A stretch of DNA of 64,000 nt. Source: Cyanobium sp. PLM2.Bin73. Its GTDB lineage: Bacteria; Cyanobacteriota; Cyanobacteriia; PCC-6307; Cyanobiaceae. A program made the position numbers and the translations under genes. Below the pieces are notes generated by a model. It saw only the letters and a program-made list of their open reading frames with translations. It was not told the DNA's origin and did no database searches. The stretch lies in NCBI GenBank assembly GCA_007694915.1, contig REEV01000106.1, forward strand, positions 23,077-87,076, read 5' to 3'. This document shows positions 10,002 to 20,406 of the stretch, one piece after another (the first letter of the stretch is position 1; every line of letters begins with the position of its first letter).

Positions 10002-10727
10002 TCAGAATTCGATGCCGTGCTGGGCCTTCACCCCCTGCTCGCGGAAGGGATGGCGCACCAGCGTCATCTCCGTCACCAGGTCGGCCCGCTCCAGCAGGGC
10101 CGCCGGCGCGCCGCGGCCGGTCAGGGCCACGTGGGTGAGCGGCGGCCGCAGGGCCAGACCCTCCAGCACCTGCTCCACCGCCAGGTAGCCGAGCTTGAGG
10201 GCCACATTCACCTCATCGAGCACCACCAGATGGCGGCCGGGGTCGGCCAGGTAGGCGCAGGAACGCTCCCAGGCGCTCTGCACCAGGGCGCGGTCGCGCT
10301 CGCGGTCCTGGGTTTCCCAGGTGAAGCCCTCGCCCAGGGCGTGCCAGGCCAGGGCATCGCCGAACAGCTCCAGGGCCTTGGCCTCGCCCGGCTGCCAGCC
10401 GCCCTTGATGAACTGCACCACCGCAACCCGCTCGCCGTGGCCGAGGCTGCGCAACACCAGCCCCAGGGCCGCGGTGGTCTTGCCCTTGCCGTTGCCGGTG
10501 AACACCAGCACCAGGCCCTTCTCCAGGTTGCGCTCCTCCACGCGCTGCTGCTGCACCTCCCGGCGCCGGGCCATGCGCTTGCGATAGGCCTCCTGGTCGT
10601 GCTCGGGGGCCAGCTCACCACCCGGGCCGAGCTCCGCGGCGAGCCGGTCGAGCTCCTGGGGGAGCGCACCGGCGCCGGCGAGCGGTGGGGGGGAGGTTTC
10701 ACTCGGGGGCACAGCGCTCACGGCCAA
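10002..10727 (-). CDS. cobO: Cob(I)yrinic acid a,c-diamide adenosyltransferase
   Basis: It has the P-loop [14 protein letters not shown] and VQFIKGGW, typical of CobO/BtuR. The start is TTG at 10727 or GTG at 10721. Confidence 0.85.
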   Translation of the reverse strand: MAVSAVPPSETSPPPLAGAGALPQELDRLAAELGPGGELAPEHDQEAYRKRMARRREVQQQRVEERNLEKGLVLVFTGNGKGKTTAALGLVLRSLGHGERVAVVQFIKGGWQPGEAKALELFGDALAWHALGEGFTWETQDRERDRALVQSAWERSCAYLADPGRHLVVLDEVNVALKLGYLAVEQVLEGLALRPPLTHVALTGRGAPAALLERADLVTEMTLVRHPFREQGVKAQHGIEF

Positions 10728-10757
10728 CAGGTCAGACGTCGCCGCACTCTGGCGGCC

Positions 10758-12155
10758 TCAGGCCGGGCGCTGCCGGGCCAGGGCGGCGTCCACGGCCTGC
10801 TGCTGGTCGCGGCGCGTGATCCAGTGGTGATAGGTGCGCGTGTGGATGGCCACCGAGTGGCCCATCATCCGGGCCGCCACCGTGTCGGGCAGACCGATGT
10901 GGATGGTGCGCACGGCCCAGGCGTGGCGCAGGTCGTAGGGAGTGATCGGCAGCCGGTAGCGCCGGAACTGCTCCGCCACCCGCCTGCCGACCTGCTGCAG
11001 GGTGGTGCGGCGCAGGTCGGTGCGCACCGCCGGCAGCAGCTCCGGGGTCTCCCCCAGCCGCTCAAGCCCAAACCGCTCCACCCAGCTGGGCTGGAAGGGC
11101 CACACCTGGTGCTCGCCGGTCTTGCTGCTGGGCAGCACCCGGATCACCCGGTCACCGCCCGGCGCCAGGCTGGAGAGATCGCAGAAGAACACCTCGTGGT
11201 TGCGCAGGCCGTAGGTGGCCATCAGGCCGTAGGCCAGCCGCCAGGCGGGGTTGGGGATCAACTCCAGCAACTGCAGGATCTGGGCGTCACTGGGCAGCTG
11301 GCGGAAGCGGGCGGCGTGCAGGCCGTAGCCCCCGGCGCGGGCGGCCCAGTCGGGGGGCAGTGGCAACCCGCCGTGGCGGGCCAGTGCAGCCACGGCGATG
11401 CCGCACTGCTGGCGGCTGCTGCTGCCGGGCTCATAGCTCTCCAACACACGCTCCCAAAGGCGGCTCCAGGGCTCTTCGCCGGCGCCGCTGCTCTCACCGC
11501 TGTCGGCCAGGCTCAGCAGCCGGCGCAGATAGGGCCGGTAGGCGGCGCTCCAGGTGCTGCGGCTGCCTGCGGGGTTACGGCGGCGCTGGGGATCGAGAAA
11601 GAACGCCTGCTCGAAGCTCTCCAGCAGCGCCGCCAGATCGCCTATCCCCGGTGCCGACCCCCCGGGATCCAGCGGGGCCGAATCGAGCGCCGCCGGCCCA
11701 CCCGCTGGCGCCCGGCGGGCTGCGGGCCAGCGGAAACTGCCCTGCTCCAGCTGGCGCAGCACCTGCAGCTGCCGCTGGCGGGCCTGCTCCAGGCCGGCCG
11801 TGGTGGCGGGGACCCCCAGGCTGAGGCGTTGCACCGGCCGCGACTCACCGCCGCGGCGGCAGGGCAGGGGGCCACGCAGCACCAGCTTGCCCCCCCGGCG
11901 CTCGATCCTCAGGGTGATGCCGATGGCCGCCAGCCGGGCGTTGTGCTCCGCCAGGGCGGCATCGATGGCATCGGCTGGGGCGGGGCCGAGGTCGACGCGA
12001 GGGGTGGGGCCAGGAACGGGGATGGAGGCGATCGCCCGGCGGGTGGAGGCAGCCCGAAGGTATCGATGGCTGCCCGGCGCGGCTAGGGCCGGCCGGACAG
12101 CGTTACGCTCTCGGATGGTGTGCCGTGCGGAACCAGGGATGGCCAAGGAAGGCAT
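10758..12155 (-). CDS. Tyrosine recombinase / phage-integrase-family protein (apparently orphan, chromosomal)
   Basis: The C-terminal catalytic region has [10 protein letters not shown] (Arg), [14 protein letters not shown] (His-x-x-Arg ... Tyr). The start is ATG at 12155 or TTG at 12161, and it overlaps the divergent hemH start. No other in-frame ATG occurs for more than 300 codons. Confidence 0.7.
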   Translation of the reverse strand: MPSLAIPGSARHTIRERNAVRPALAAPGSHRYLRAASTRRAIASIPVPGPTPRVDLGPAPADAIDAALAEHNARLAAIGITLRIERRGGKLVLRGPLPCRRGGESRPVQRLSLGVPATTAGLEQARQRQLQVLRQLEQGSFRWPAARRAPAGGPAALDSAPLDPGGSAPGIGDLAALLESFEQAFFLDPQRRRNPAGSRSTWSAAYRPYLRRLLSLADSGESSGAGEEPWSRLWERVLESYEPGSSSRQQCGIAVAALARHGGLPLPPDWAARAGGYGLHAARFRQLPSDAQILQLLELIPNPAWRLAYGLMATYGLRNHEVFFCDLSSLAPGGDRVIRVLPSSKTGEHQVWPFQPSWVERFGLERLGETPELLPAVRTDLRRTTLQQVGRRVAEQFRRYRLPITPYDLRHAWAVRTIHIGLPDTVAARMMGHSVAIHTRTYHHWITRRDQQQAVDAALARQRPA

Positions 12156-13329
12156 GGCCAAGGTGGGCGTGCTGCTGCTGAACCTCGGGGGTCCCGAGCG
12201 GATTCAGGACGTTGGCCCCTTCCTCTACAACCTGTTCTCCGATCCGGAGATCATCCGGCTGCCGAATCCGGCCCTGCAAAAGCCCCTGGCCTGGCTGATC
12301 AGCAGCCTGCGGGCGGGCAAATCCCAGGCGGCCTACCGCTCCATCGGCGGCGGCTCGCCCCTGCGCCGCATCACCGAGCAGCAGGCGCGGGAGCTGCAGA
12401 GCGTGCTGCGCCAGCGCGGCATCGAGGCCACCAGCTACGTGGCCATGCGCTACTGGCACCCCTTCACTGAATCGGCTGTGGCCGACATCAAGGCCGACGC
12501 CGTGGATGAGGTGGTGGTGCTGCCCCTCTACCCCCACTTCTCGATCAGCACCAGCGGCTCCAGCTTCCGGGAATTGCAGCGCCTGCGCCAGGCCGATCCC
12601 GCCTTCGCCGCCCTGCCGATCCGCTGCATCCGCAGTTACCACGACGACCCCGGCTACATCGGCGCCATGGCGGAGCTGATCGCCCGCGAAATCCAGGCCT
12701 GCCCCGACCCGGCGTCGGCCCACGTGTTCTTCAGCGCCCACGGGGTGCCCAAGAGCTACGTGGAGGAAGCGGGCGATCCCTACCAGCGGGAGATCGAAGA
12801 CTGCAGCCGCCTAATTATGGAGCGGCTGGAGCGAGACCTGGGTCACGCCAACCCCCACACCCTCGCCTATCAGAGCCGGGTGGGGCCGGTGGAGTGGTTG
12901 CGGCCCTACACCGATGAAGCGCTTGAGGAGCTCGGTCACCAGGGGGTGAAGGACCTGGTGGTGGTGCCGATCAGCTTTGTGAGCGAGCACATCGAGACCC
13001 TCGAGGAGATCGACATCGAGTACCGCGAGATCGCCACCGAGGCGGGAATCACCAATTTCCGTCGGGTGCCGGCCCTCGACACCACCCCGTCGTTCATCGA
13101 GGGCCTGGCTCATCTGGTGGAGCGGGCCCTGGAAGGGCCGGAAGTGAACCTCGATCAGGCCGCCGCCCTGGCCACCAAGGTGAAGCTGTATCCCCAGGAC
13201 CGCTGGGCCTGGGGCTGGAACAACAGTTCCGAGGTGTGGAACGGACGCTTGGCGATGGTGGGATTTTCTGCTTTTCTGCTCGAACTCATCAGTGGCCGAG
13301 GACCGCTCCACGCGCTGGGACTGCTCTGA
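12139..13329 (+). CDS. hemH: Ferrochelatase with a C-terminal CAB/LHC-type helix
   Basis: ATG at 12139 ([39 protein letters not shown]...). The C-terminus, [25 protein letters not shown], is the chlorophyll a/b-binding motif typical of cyanobacterial and plastid type II ferrochelatase. Confidence 0.92.
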   Translation: MAKEGMAKVGVLLLNLGGPERIQDVGPFLYNLFSDPEIIRLPNPALQKPLAWLISSLRAGKSQAAYRSIGGGSPLRRITEQQARELQSVLRQRGIEATSYVAMRYWHPFTESAVADIKADAVDEVVVLPLYPHFSISTSGSSFRELQRLRQADPAFAALPIRCIRSYHDDPGYIGAMAELIAREIQACPDPASAHVFFSAHGVPKSYVEEAGDPYQREIEDCSRLIMERLERDLGHANPHTLAYQSRVGPVEWLRPYTDEALEELGHQGVKDLVVVPISFVSEHIETLEEIDIEYREIATEAGITNFRRVPALDTTPSFIEGLAHLVERALEGPEVNLDQAAALATKVKLYPQDRWAWGWNNSSEVWNGRLAMVGFSAFLLELISGRGPLHALGLL

Positions 13330-13333
13330 GTCC

Positions 13334-13909
13334 ATGCCAGCGGGCCGTCGCAGCCGCCCCAACCTCCTGCTGGGCGCCTGCCTGGGAGCGGCGGGTGCCA
13401 TCGCCATCGCCCTGCAGGGCGGCGTTCTCGATCCCCAGCCCGCTCAGGCCAGCAGCCTGTGGAGCCGCGGCGTGTTTCCGGTGGTGAACTTCGCCGGCTA
13501 CACCAGCCACTTCGGCACCCGCACCGGCCCCTGGGGCGCGGTGGAGCCCCACTACGGCCTGGACATCGCGGCCCCGATGCACTCGCCGATCCGCAACTGG
13601 TGGGGCGGTGTGGTGGAGAGCGTGATCAACGACGGCACCTGCGGCCTCGGGCTGGTGATCCGCTCGGGCGAGTACGAGCACATCTACTGCCACCTCTCCG
13701 GCTCGGTCTCCGGCGGGGTCTACCGCAGCGGTCCGGTGGCGATCAGCACCGGCCAGCGGCTGCGCACCGGCGAACTGATCGGCCACGTGGGGGTGACCGG
13801 CCGCAGCACCGGCCCGCACCTGCACTGGGGCATGCGCTTCCGCAACGAATGGGTCGACCCGGCCCTGGTGCTGCGGGCGATGGCCCGGGCCCGCGGCGGT
13901 GCCGGCTGA
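13334..13909 (+). CDS. M23 family (LytM-type) metallopeptidase, secreted
   Basis: ATG at 13334 followed by a signal/TM segment (RPNLLLGACLGAAGAIAIAL). It has the HxxxD motif (HYGLDIAAP) and the HxH motif (GPHLHWGMRF). Confidence 0.8.
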   Translation: MPAGRRSRPNLLLGACLGAAGAIAIALQGGVLDPQPAQASSLWSRGVFPVVNFAGYTSHFGTRTGPWGAVEPHYGLDIAAPMHSPIRNWWGGVVESVINDGTCGLGLVIRSGEYEHIYCHLSGSVSGGVYRSGPVAISTGQRLRTGELIGHVGVTGRSTGPHLHWGMRFRNEWVDPALVLRAMARARGGAG

Positions 13910-13993
13910 GCAGCCAGCTGCCGACCCTGACCTGAACCCCAGACGCGCGCTCAACACCTAGTGTTGGCCTGACATCCAACCTGGCCAGGGTGC

Positions 13994-15901
13994 TTGGCCG
14001 CCGCAGCCGTGACGCTTTCGCCCCTCACCTCTGCCGCCCAGACGACCACCCCTGAACTTGATCTGGGCGTGCCCACCCCCGCTGCCACCGTCGGCCTGAG
14101 CCAGCGCGTCAATGGCGGCTATGCCCTGATGGACGCCCTGCGCCTGCATGGGGTGAAGCACATCTTCGGCTACCCGGGTGGGGCGATCCTGCCCATCTAC
14201 GACGAGCTGCACAAGGCCGAAGCCCGAGGCTGGCTGAAGCACATCCTGGTGCGCCACGAGCAGGGCGGCACCCACGCCGCCGACGCCTACGCCCGCGCCA
14301 CCGGCCAGGTGGGGGTGTGTTTCGGCACCTCCGGCCCGGGCGCCACCAACCTGGTCACCGGCATCGCCACCGCCCACATGGATTCGGTGCCGATGGTGGT
14401 GATCAGCGGCCAGGTGCCGCGGGCCTCCATCGGCACGGACGCCTTCCAGGAAACCGACATCTTCGGCATCACCCTGCCGATCGTGAAGCACTCCTGGGTG
14501 GTGCGTGATCCCCGCGACATCGGCCGGATCGTGGCCGAGGCCTTCCTGATCGCCGCCAGCGGCCGGCCAGGCCCGGTGTTGATCGACGTGCCCAAGGATG
14601 TGGGTCTCGAGGAGTTCGACTACGTGCCGGTGGGGCCGGGCTCGTCGGTGCCCAAGGGCTTCCGGCTGCCGACGCCAGCCTCTGACGGGGCGATCCAGGC
14701 GGCCCTCGAACTGATCCGCCAGGCCCGCCGGCCCCTGCTCTACGTGGGCGGCGGGGCGATCAGCAGCGGTGCCCACGAGGCCATCCTGCAGCTGGCGGAG
14801 CGGTTCCAGCTGCCGGTCACCACCACCTTGATGGGCAAGGGCGCCTTCGATGAAAAGCACCCCCTGGCCCTGGGGATGCTGGGGATGCATGGCACCGCCT
14901 ACGCCAACTTCGCGGTCACCGACTGTGACCTACTGATCGCCACCGGCGCCCGCTTCGACGACCGCGTCACCGGGCGCCTGGACGGCTTCGCCCCCCGGGC
15001 CCAGGTGATCCACATCGACATCGACGCCGCCGAGGTGGGCAAGACCCGCGTGCCCGACGTGCCGGTGGTGGGCGATGTGAAGCAGGCCGTCGAGGCCCTG
15101 CTGGTCGCCAGCAGGGGCGACAGCGCCGAGGGCCGCACCGAGGCCTGGCTGGAGCGCATCGCCTCCTGGAAGCGCTACTACCCCCTGGTGGTGCCCGCGG
15201 CGGAGGGTGAGATCGCTCCCCAGGAGGTGATCGTGGCCCTGCGGGAGCTGGCGCCCGACGCCTTCTACACCACCGATGTGGGGCAGCACCAGATGTGGGC
15301 CGCCCAGTTCCTGCACAACGGGCCGCGGCGCTGGATCAGTTCCGCCGGCCTCGGCACGATGGGCTTCGGCCTGCCGGCCGCCATGGGGGTGCAGACGGCC
15401 TTCCCGGCTGAGCAGGTGATCTGCGTGGCGGGCGACGCCAGCATCCTGATGAACATCCAGGAACTGGGCACCCTGGCCCAGTACGGCCTGCCCGTGAAGG
15501 TGGTGGTGATCAACAACGGCTGGCAGGGGATGGTGCGCCAGTGGCAGGAGAGCTTCTACGGCGAGCGCTACTCGGCCTCGGAGATGAACAGCGGCATGCC
15601 CGATTTCAAGCGTCTGGCCGAATCGTTCGGGGTTCGGGGGGTGCTGATCAGCGAGCGGGCCAGCCTGCATCAGCAACTGCGCGACGCCCTCGACCACCCC
15701 GGTCCGGCCTTCATCGATGTGAAGGTGCGCCGCAACGAGAACTGCTACCCGATGGTGCCCCCCGGCGCCAGCAATGCCCAGATGGTGGGGCTGCCCAGCC
15801 ACCCGGAACTGGCGATCGACACCACCCGCACCTGCGGCCACTGCGGCACCACCACCGCCAGCAGCCACCTGTTCTGTCCCAACTGCGGGGCCAAGCTCTG
15901 A
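13994..15901 (+). CDS. ilvB: Acetolactate synthase large subunit with a C-terminal zinc-ribbon tail
   Basis: It has the ThDP-enzyme motifs ([14 protein letters not shown]; [14 protein letters not shown] ... GDASILMN). The start is TTG at 13994 or GTG at 14009. The last 23 aa are CGHCG-x10-CPNCG. Confidence 0.92.
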   Translation: MAAAAVTLSPLTSAAQTTTPELDLGVPTPAATVGLSQRVNGGYALMDALRLHGVKHIFGYPGGAILPIYDELHKAEARGWLKHILVRHEQGGTHAADAYARATGQVGVCFGTSGPGATNLVTGIATAHMDSVPMVVISGQVPRASIGTDAFQETDIFGITLPIVKHSWVVRDPRDIGRIVAEAFLIAASGRPGPVLIDVPKDVGLEEFDYVPVGPGSSVPKGFRLPTPASDGAIQAALELIRQARRPLLYVGGGAISSGAHEAILQLAERFQLPVTTTLMGKGAFDEKHPLALGMLGMHGTAYANFAVTDCDLLIATGARFDDRVTGRLDGFAPRAQVIHIDIDAAEVGKTRVPDVPVVGDVKQAVEALLVASRGDSAEGRTEAWLERIASWKRYYPLVVPAAEGEIAPQEVIVALRELAPDAFYTTDVGQHQMWAAQFLHNGPRRWISSAGLGTMGFGLPAAMGVQTAFPAEQVICVAGDASILMNIQELGTLAQYGLPVKVVVINNGWQGMVRQWQESFYGERYSASEMNSGMPDFKRLAESFGVRGVLISERASLHQQLRDALDHPGPAFIDVKVRRNENCYPMVPPGASNAQMVGLPSHPELAIDTTRTCGHCGTTTASSHLFCPNCGAKL

Positions 15902-15951
15902 ACCCCACCGCCGCCCTGCTGTCACGCCTTCTGACCCAGCTGCTGCGGGCC

Positions 15952-16353
15952 GTGCTGATCGGCCTCCTGCTGCTGCAGCCCCTGCTGCTGAGCCCCGCCG
16001 CCGCCGGGGCGGCCGAGGTGCGCCAGGTGCGTGGCGCCACCCTGCTGCAGGTGGGCGACAGCAACCGCAGCTACGCGGTGCTGCTGGCCTGCGTGGCGGT
16101 GGATCCCGCCCAGGAGACCGCAGCCACCGACTGGTTGCGCCAGCAGGCCCCGCGGGGCACGCGGGTGAACCTGCGGCCGGTGGGGCAGCGGGATGGGGTG
16201 CTGCTGGCACGGGTGCGCACCCAGACCGAGCGCGGCGGGCCGGCCCTCGACCTGGGCCGGGGCCTGATGGCCGAGGGACTGGCCACACCGCTGGCGGACG
16301 CCGATCCGCTGGCCTGCAGCGACCGCCAAGCTGAAGACCTCACCCGCTCCTGA
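15952..16353 (+). CDS. Small secreted protein with a thermonuclease (SNase/OB)-like sequence pattern
   Basis: This is the 3' part of ORF 15541..16353, beyond the ilvB stop. The first usable start is GTG at 15952, which lies inside a Leu-rich signal-like segment. The downstream pattern (VRGATLLQVGD...AVLLACVAVDP...GTRVNLRPVGQRDGVLLARV...LMAEGLA) resembles the SNase fold, but the catalytic residues are not evident. Confidence 0.35.
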   Translation: MLIGLLLLQPLLLSPAAAGAAEVRQVRGATLLQVGDSNRSYAVLLACVAVDPAQETAATDWLRQQAPRGTRVNLRPVGQRDGVLLARVRTQTERGGPALDLGRGLMAEGLATPLADADPLACSDRQAEDLTRS

Positions 16354-16366
16354 GCCGCTCCTGACC

Positions 16367-16588
16367 ATGGGCCTCAACCGCACCGCCAAGGGCATCGTGC
16401 TCGTGCCCTGCCTGCTGCTCGGCGGCGCCTTCCTGGCCGCCGCTGCCTGGGGGGGCGAAGGCCCCGTCGCCGCCAATCGCACCCTGGCCCTCAGCCTGGG
16501 TGGGGTGCTGATCGGCGGGGGAGTGCTGGCCCAGCTGCTGCCCGAGCAGGGGCCGGAGCAACCAGACAGCCCCCCGGATGAAACCTGA
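16367..16588 (+). CDS. Small two-TM membrane protein (hypothetical)
   Basis: ATG at 16367. There are two hydrophobic segments (IVLVPCLLLGGAFLAAAAW; LALSLGGVLIGGGVLAQLL) and an acidic, Pro-rich tail. Only composition and topology support the call. Confidence 0.35.
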   Translation: MGLNRTAKGIVLVPCLLLGGAFLAAAAWGGEGPVAANRTLALSLGGVLIGGGVLAQLLPEQGPEQPDSPPDET

Positions 16589-16623
16589 AGACACTGCTCA
16601 GGGGTGGGGTGTTCGGGGTCGGT

Positions 16624-17061
16624 TCAGCGGCCCTGGCTCTGCACGGCCCGGTTGACTTCCGCGAGGATGTCGTCGATGAACTTCTTGTCGGCCGCCGTGA
16701 GCTTGTCGTAGCAGCCCTGCCGAACCCGGCCCACCACCTGGACGATGCTGCCGTTGGCGATCTGCTCGGCCGTCAGGCGACCGGCCCCGGCGACCTGGGA
16801 TCCGTAGACGTTGGTGACCACGTAGGTCATGGCCTTTGCGTTGGATAGCACCGACTTCTGCACCGGCACCTTCTCCTCCACGGCCAGCTCGCACACGTTC
16901 ACTGCCGCCGCCAGGGCCATGTCGTTCATCCCCTGCTGGGGGATCGGGCCGGTCGGGCCGCCCTGGGCCTGAGCCGCCGCGGGCAGGGGCAGGACTGCCG
17001 AGAGGGCGAGAGCGGCTGAGGCAATCCAGGCGTGGGTGGGGCGGAGCACGAACGGGGGCAT
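16624..17061 (-). CDS. Secreted hypothetical protein (145 aa)
   Basis: ATG at 17061 followed by a clear signal peptide (MPPFVLRPTHAWIASAALALSAVLPLPAAAQAQ). The mature part has non-junk composition (K, E, N, V, I, Y) and two Cys. The upstream part of track ORF 16624..17343 is not needed. Confidence 0.5.
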   Translation of the reverse strand: MPPFVLRPTHAWIASAALALSAVLPLPAAAQAQGGPTGPIPQQGMNDMALAAAVNVCELAVEEKVPVQKSVLSNAKAMTYVVTNVYGSQVAGAGRLTAEQIANGSIVQVVGRVRQGCYDKLTAADKKFIDDILAEVNRAVQSQGR

Positions 17062-17179
17062 GGGAGAAGCCTCTCCACTGTGCCACCTGTCTCCGGTCTG
17101 TCCCAGTGCGTCGTGCCGTTCACAGTTGCGGCCACCCGGGGCAGGGCGCGGCAAGAGTGGGAATGGTCGCCAGCTGAGC

Positions 17180-19669
17180 ATGTCCACACCCCAGAGCTCC
17201 GGGTCCAGCCCTCTGGTGCTGCCTTTCAGCGCCGTGGGCATCGAGGCCATCGACCGGGTGGGCGGCAAGAACGCATCGCTGGGGGAGATGATCCGCGAAC
17301 TCGGCAGCAAGGGCGTGCGGGTGCCGGATGGCTTCGCCACCACCGCCGCGGCCTACCGCCACTTCATCACCGACAGCGGCCTGGCTGAGCGGCTGCATGA
17401 GCTGCTCGACGGCCTCGACAGCGATGACATCGCCGCCCTGCAGTCGGCTGGCGCCTCGGCCCGCTCCCTGCTGCTGAACGCCCCGCTGCCGGACGACCTG
17501 CAGGAGCAGATCCTGACGGCCTACCGCCAGCTGGCCGCCGGCAGCGGGGTGGCGGACGGGGCCCAGCTGTCGGTGGCGGTGCGTTCCAGTGCCACCGCCG
17601 AAGACCTGCCCGATGCCTCCTTCGCCGGCCAGCAGGAAACGTTTCTGAACGTGCAGGGCGAGGCGGCCCTGCTGGCGGCCTGCCGGCGCTGCTTCGCCTC
17701 ACTGTTCACCGACCGGGCGATCTCCTACCGCCAGATCAACGGCTTCGATCACTTCGATGTGGCCCTCTCGATCGGCGTGCAGCGGATGGTGCGCGCCGAC
17801 CTGGCCGCCTCCGGAGTGATGTTCAGCATCGACACCGAAACCGGCTTCCGTGACGCCGTGCTGCTCACCGCCGCCTGGGGGCTGGGGGAGAACGTGGTGC
17901 AGGGGGCCGTAAACCCCGACGAATACCTGATCTTCAAGCCCACGCTGGAGGAGGGCTTCGAGCCGATCATCCATCGGCGGCTGGGCAGCAAGGCGATCCG
18001 CATGGTCTATGCCGACGCCAGCCAAGGCGGCCGCCGGAACCACGAGCCCGGGCAGGGGGCCACCCGCAATGTGCCGGTGCCCCTCGAGGAGCAGGGGCGC
18101 TTCGCCATCAGCAACGATGAGGCCCTGCAGCTGGCCCGCTGGGCCTGCACGATCGAGCGTCACTACAGCCAGCGCCGCGGCAGCCCCACACCGATGGACA
18201 TCGAGTGGGCCAAGGACGGGCAGAGCGGTGAGCTGTTCATCCTCCAGGCCCGGCCCGAGACCGTGGAGTCACGGCGTTCGGCCACGGTGCTGCGTAGCTG
18301 GCACCTGGAACCCCATCAGGAGAAGCCGATCGCGCGCGGCCGGGCCATCGGCGCGTCCGTGAGCAGCGGCCGGGCCCGGATCATCCGCGACCCCGGCGAA
18401 ATCCAGCGCTTCCAACCGGGCGATCTGCTGGTGACCGAGCGCACCGATCCCGACTGGGAGCCGATCCTCAAGCGCGCCAGCGGCGTGATCACCAACCAGG
18501 GGGGACGTACCTGCCACGCGGCGATCATCGCCCGGGAGATGGGGATCACCGCGATCGTGGGCGCCGGAGATGCCACCGAGTGCATCGCCGATGGCGATCT
18601 GATCACCGCCAGCTGCTGCGAAGGCGATGAAGGCCGCGTGTACCGCGGCGAGCTGCCCTTCCGGCTGGAGGAGCAGGAACTCGGCGACCTGCCCGACACC
18701 CGCACCCGCATCCTGATGAATGTGGGCAATCCGGAGGAGGCCTTCAAGCTGGCCGCCATCCCCTGCGACGGCGTTGGCCTAGCCCGGCTTGAATTCATCA
18801 TCGCCAACCACATCCGCGTCCACCCCCTGGCCCTGCTGGAGCCCGGGCGGGTGAGCGACGCCAGCGAGCGGCACGCCATCGCCGAACTCACCCGCGGTTA
18901 CGACACCCCAGCGGAGTACTACGTGGATCTGCTGGCCCAGGGGATGGGTCGGATCGCCGCCGCCTTCTTCCCCAAGCCGGTGATCCTGCGCTTCTCCGAC
19001 TTCAAGAGCAACGAGTACGCCAAATTGCTGGGCGGGCGCCACTTCGAGCCCAGAGAGGAAAACCCGATGATCGGCTGGCGGGGCGCCTCCCGCTACACCG
19101 CCCCCGCCTTCCGGGAGGCCTTCGCCCTGGAATGCCAGGCCCTCAAGCGGGTGCGCCAGGTGATGGGTCTCACCAACGTAATCCCGATGGTGCCCTTCTG
19201 CCGCACTCCCGAGGAAGGCGACAGGGTGCTGGCGGAGATGGCCCGCCAGGGGCTGGAGCGGGGGCGTGACGGGCTGGAGGTGTATGTGATGTGTGAACTG
19301 CCCAGCAACGTGATCAGCGCCGAGGCCTTCGCCGAGCGCTTCGACGGCTTTTCGATCGGCTCCAACGACCTCACCCAGCTCACCCTGGGGCTGGACCGCG
19401 ACTCAACCCTGGTGGCCGAGCTGTTCGACGAGCGCGACGCCAGCGTGAAGGCGATGATCGCCATGGCCATCACCACGGCCCGGCGCTGCGGCCGCAAGGT
19501 GGGCATCTGCGGCCAGGCCCCCAGCGACTATCCGGAATTCGCCGAGTTCCTGCTGGCTGAGGGGATCGACTCCATCAGCCTCAACCCCGATGCGGTGATC
19601 CCCACCCGCATCGCCGTGGCGAAGCTGGAGGAACGTCTGCAGAAGCAGCCTCAGGCGGCGATCCGGTAG
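17180..19669 (+). CDS. ppsA: Phosphoenolpyruvate synthase (pyruvate, water dikinase)
   Basis: ATG at 17180 (MSTPQSSGSSPLVLPFSAVGIEAIDRVGGKNASLGEMI). It has the phosphohistidine swivel motif GGRTCHAAIIAREMG and a C-terminal PEP-utilising TIM-barrel domain. Confidence 0.9.
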   Translation: MSTPQSSGSSPLVLPFSAVGIEAIDRVGGKNASLGEMIRELGSKGVRVPDGFATTAAAYRHFITDSGLAERLHELLDGLDSDDIAALQSAGASARSLLLNAPLPDDLQEQILTAYRQLAAGSGVADGAQLSVAVRSSATAEDLPDASFAGQQETFLNVQGEAALLAACRRCFASLFTDRAISYRQINGFDHFDVALSIGVQRMVRADLAASGVMFSIDTETGFRDAVLLTAAWGLGENVVQGAVNPDEYLIFKPTLEEGFEPIIHRRLGSKAIRMVYADASQGGRRNHEPGQGATRNVPVPLEEQGRFAISNDEALQLARWACTIERHYSQRRGSPTPMDIEWAKDGQSGELFILQARPETVESRRSATVLRSWHLEPHQEKPIARGRAIGASVSSGRARIIRDPGEIQRFQPGDLLVTERTDPDWEPILKRASGVITNQGGRTCHAAIIAREMGITAIVGAGDATECIADGDLITASCCEGDEGRVYRGELPFRLEEQELGDLPDTRTRILMNVGNPEEAFKLAAIPCDGVGLARLEFIIANHIRVHPLALLEPGRVSDASERHAIAELTRGYDTPAEYYVDLLAQGMGRIAAAFFPKPVILRFSDFKSNEYAKLLGGRHFEPREENPMIGWRGASRYTAPAFREAFALECQALKRVRQVMGLTNVIPMVPFCRTPEEGDRVLAEMARQGLERGRDGLEVYVMCELPSNVISAEAFAERFDGFSIGSNDLTQLTLGLDRDSTLVAELFDERDASVKAMIAMAITTARRCGRKVGICGQAPSDYPEFAEFLLAEGIDSISLNPDAVIPTRIAVAKLEERLQKQPQAAIR

Positions 19670-20406
19670 GCCTGCCCTGGCACCGGATCGATGAGGCGAG
19701 GAGTGGCCCGGCCACCGGCCCCGGCGGCGGCTGCCACAGCGGCCGCGTCTTCGGTGCTGCCCTGCTGGCTCAGCGCGCGGGTGAGCAGGCCTTCATAGCG
19801 GGCCTCGCCACCCGCGGTGCTGGCCAGCACCAGCGAGGGATGGAAGCGCTCCAGCAGCTGGGGCAGCACCTGGCGGCCGCGCACGAAGGCCCCGGCCAGG
19901 GGCAGGGAGAGATCCACCACCGGGGTGATCACCGCATCGAGGGGATCGGCCGGCAGATCGGGATCGAGATAGCCGTGGGGTTCGAGGTAGAGGCTTCCGC
20001 CGGGGTGGTCGAGGCGATAGCCGTTCTCCACCTGGGGCACAGGCGCGCCGGCCGTGGCCCGGATCCTGAGCTCCCCCAGCAGGTGGCTCTGGCCCGGGGT
20101 CAGCGCGGTGACGTGACGGAAGCCGAGCTCGCGCACCCGGCTGGCGGCCGTGGCAGAACCCACCACCGGGAGATCCCGGTCGAGCAGCTCCAGGCTGGGG
20201 GGATGGCAGTGGTCGGGCAGTCCCTGGGTGAGCAGCAGCAGATCGAGGTCGGGGGGCACGGGCCAGGGCCTGGGCAGGCTGGCGGCAAACAGCCAGCGGC
20301 CGGGGGGGAACACCAGGTCGCCGCACAGCCAGGGGTCGACGAGCACGCGCAGGCCGTCGAAGTCGAGCAACCAGCCGTTGGCACCGAAGTAGGTGGCGGC
20401 AACCAT
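19651..20406 (-). CDS. Metallo-beta-lactamase-fold protein
   Basis: ATG at 20406 (MVAATYFGANGWLLDFDGLRVLVDPWL), with LLLTQGLPDHCHP resembling the degenerate HxHxDH region of UPF0173-like MBL proteins. Its 3' end overlaps the ppsA 3' end by 19 nt (convergent genes). Confidence 0.7.
   Translation of the reverse strand: MVAATYFGANGWLLDFDGLRVLVDPWLCGDLVFPPGRWLFAASLPRPWPVPPDLDLLLLTQGLPDHCHPPSLELLDRDLPVVGSATAASRVRELGFRHVTALTPGQSHLLGELRIRATAGAPVPQVENGYRLDHPGGSLYLEPHGYLDPDLPADPLDAVITPVVDLSLPLAGAFVRGRQVLPQLLERFHPSLVLASTAGGEARYEGLLTRALSQQGSTEDAAAVAAAAGAGGRATPRLIDPVPGQAYRIAA

Noticed and set aside
10758-12155. The integrase gene as a marker of a genomic island or prophage.
   Set aside because: There is no adjacent tRNA, no flanking direct repeats that I could see, no phage or transposon genes, and no compositional shift. 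The neighbours (cobO, hemH, ilvB) are core genes in conserved order.
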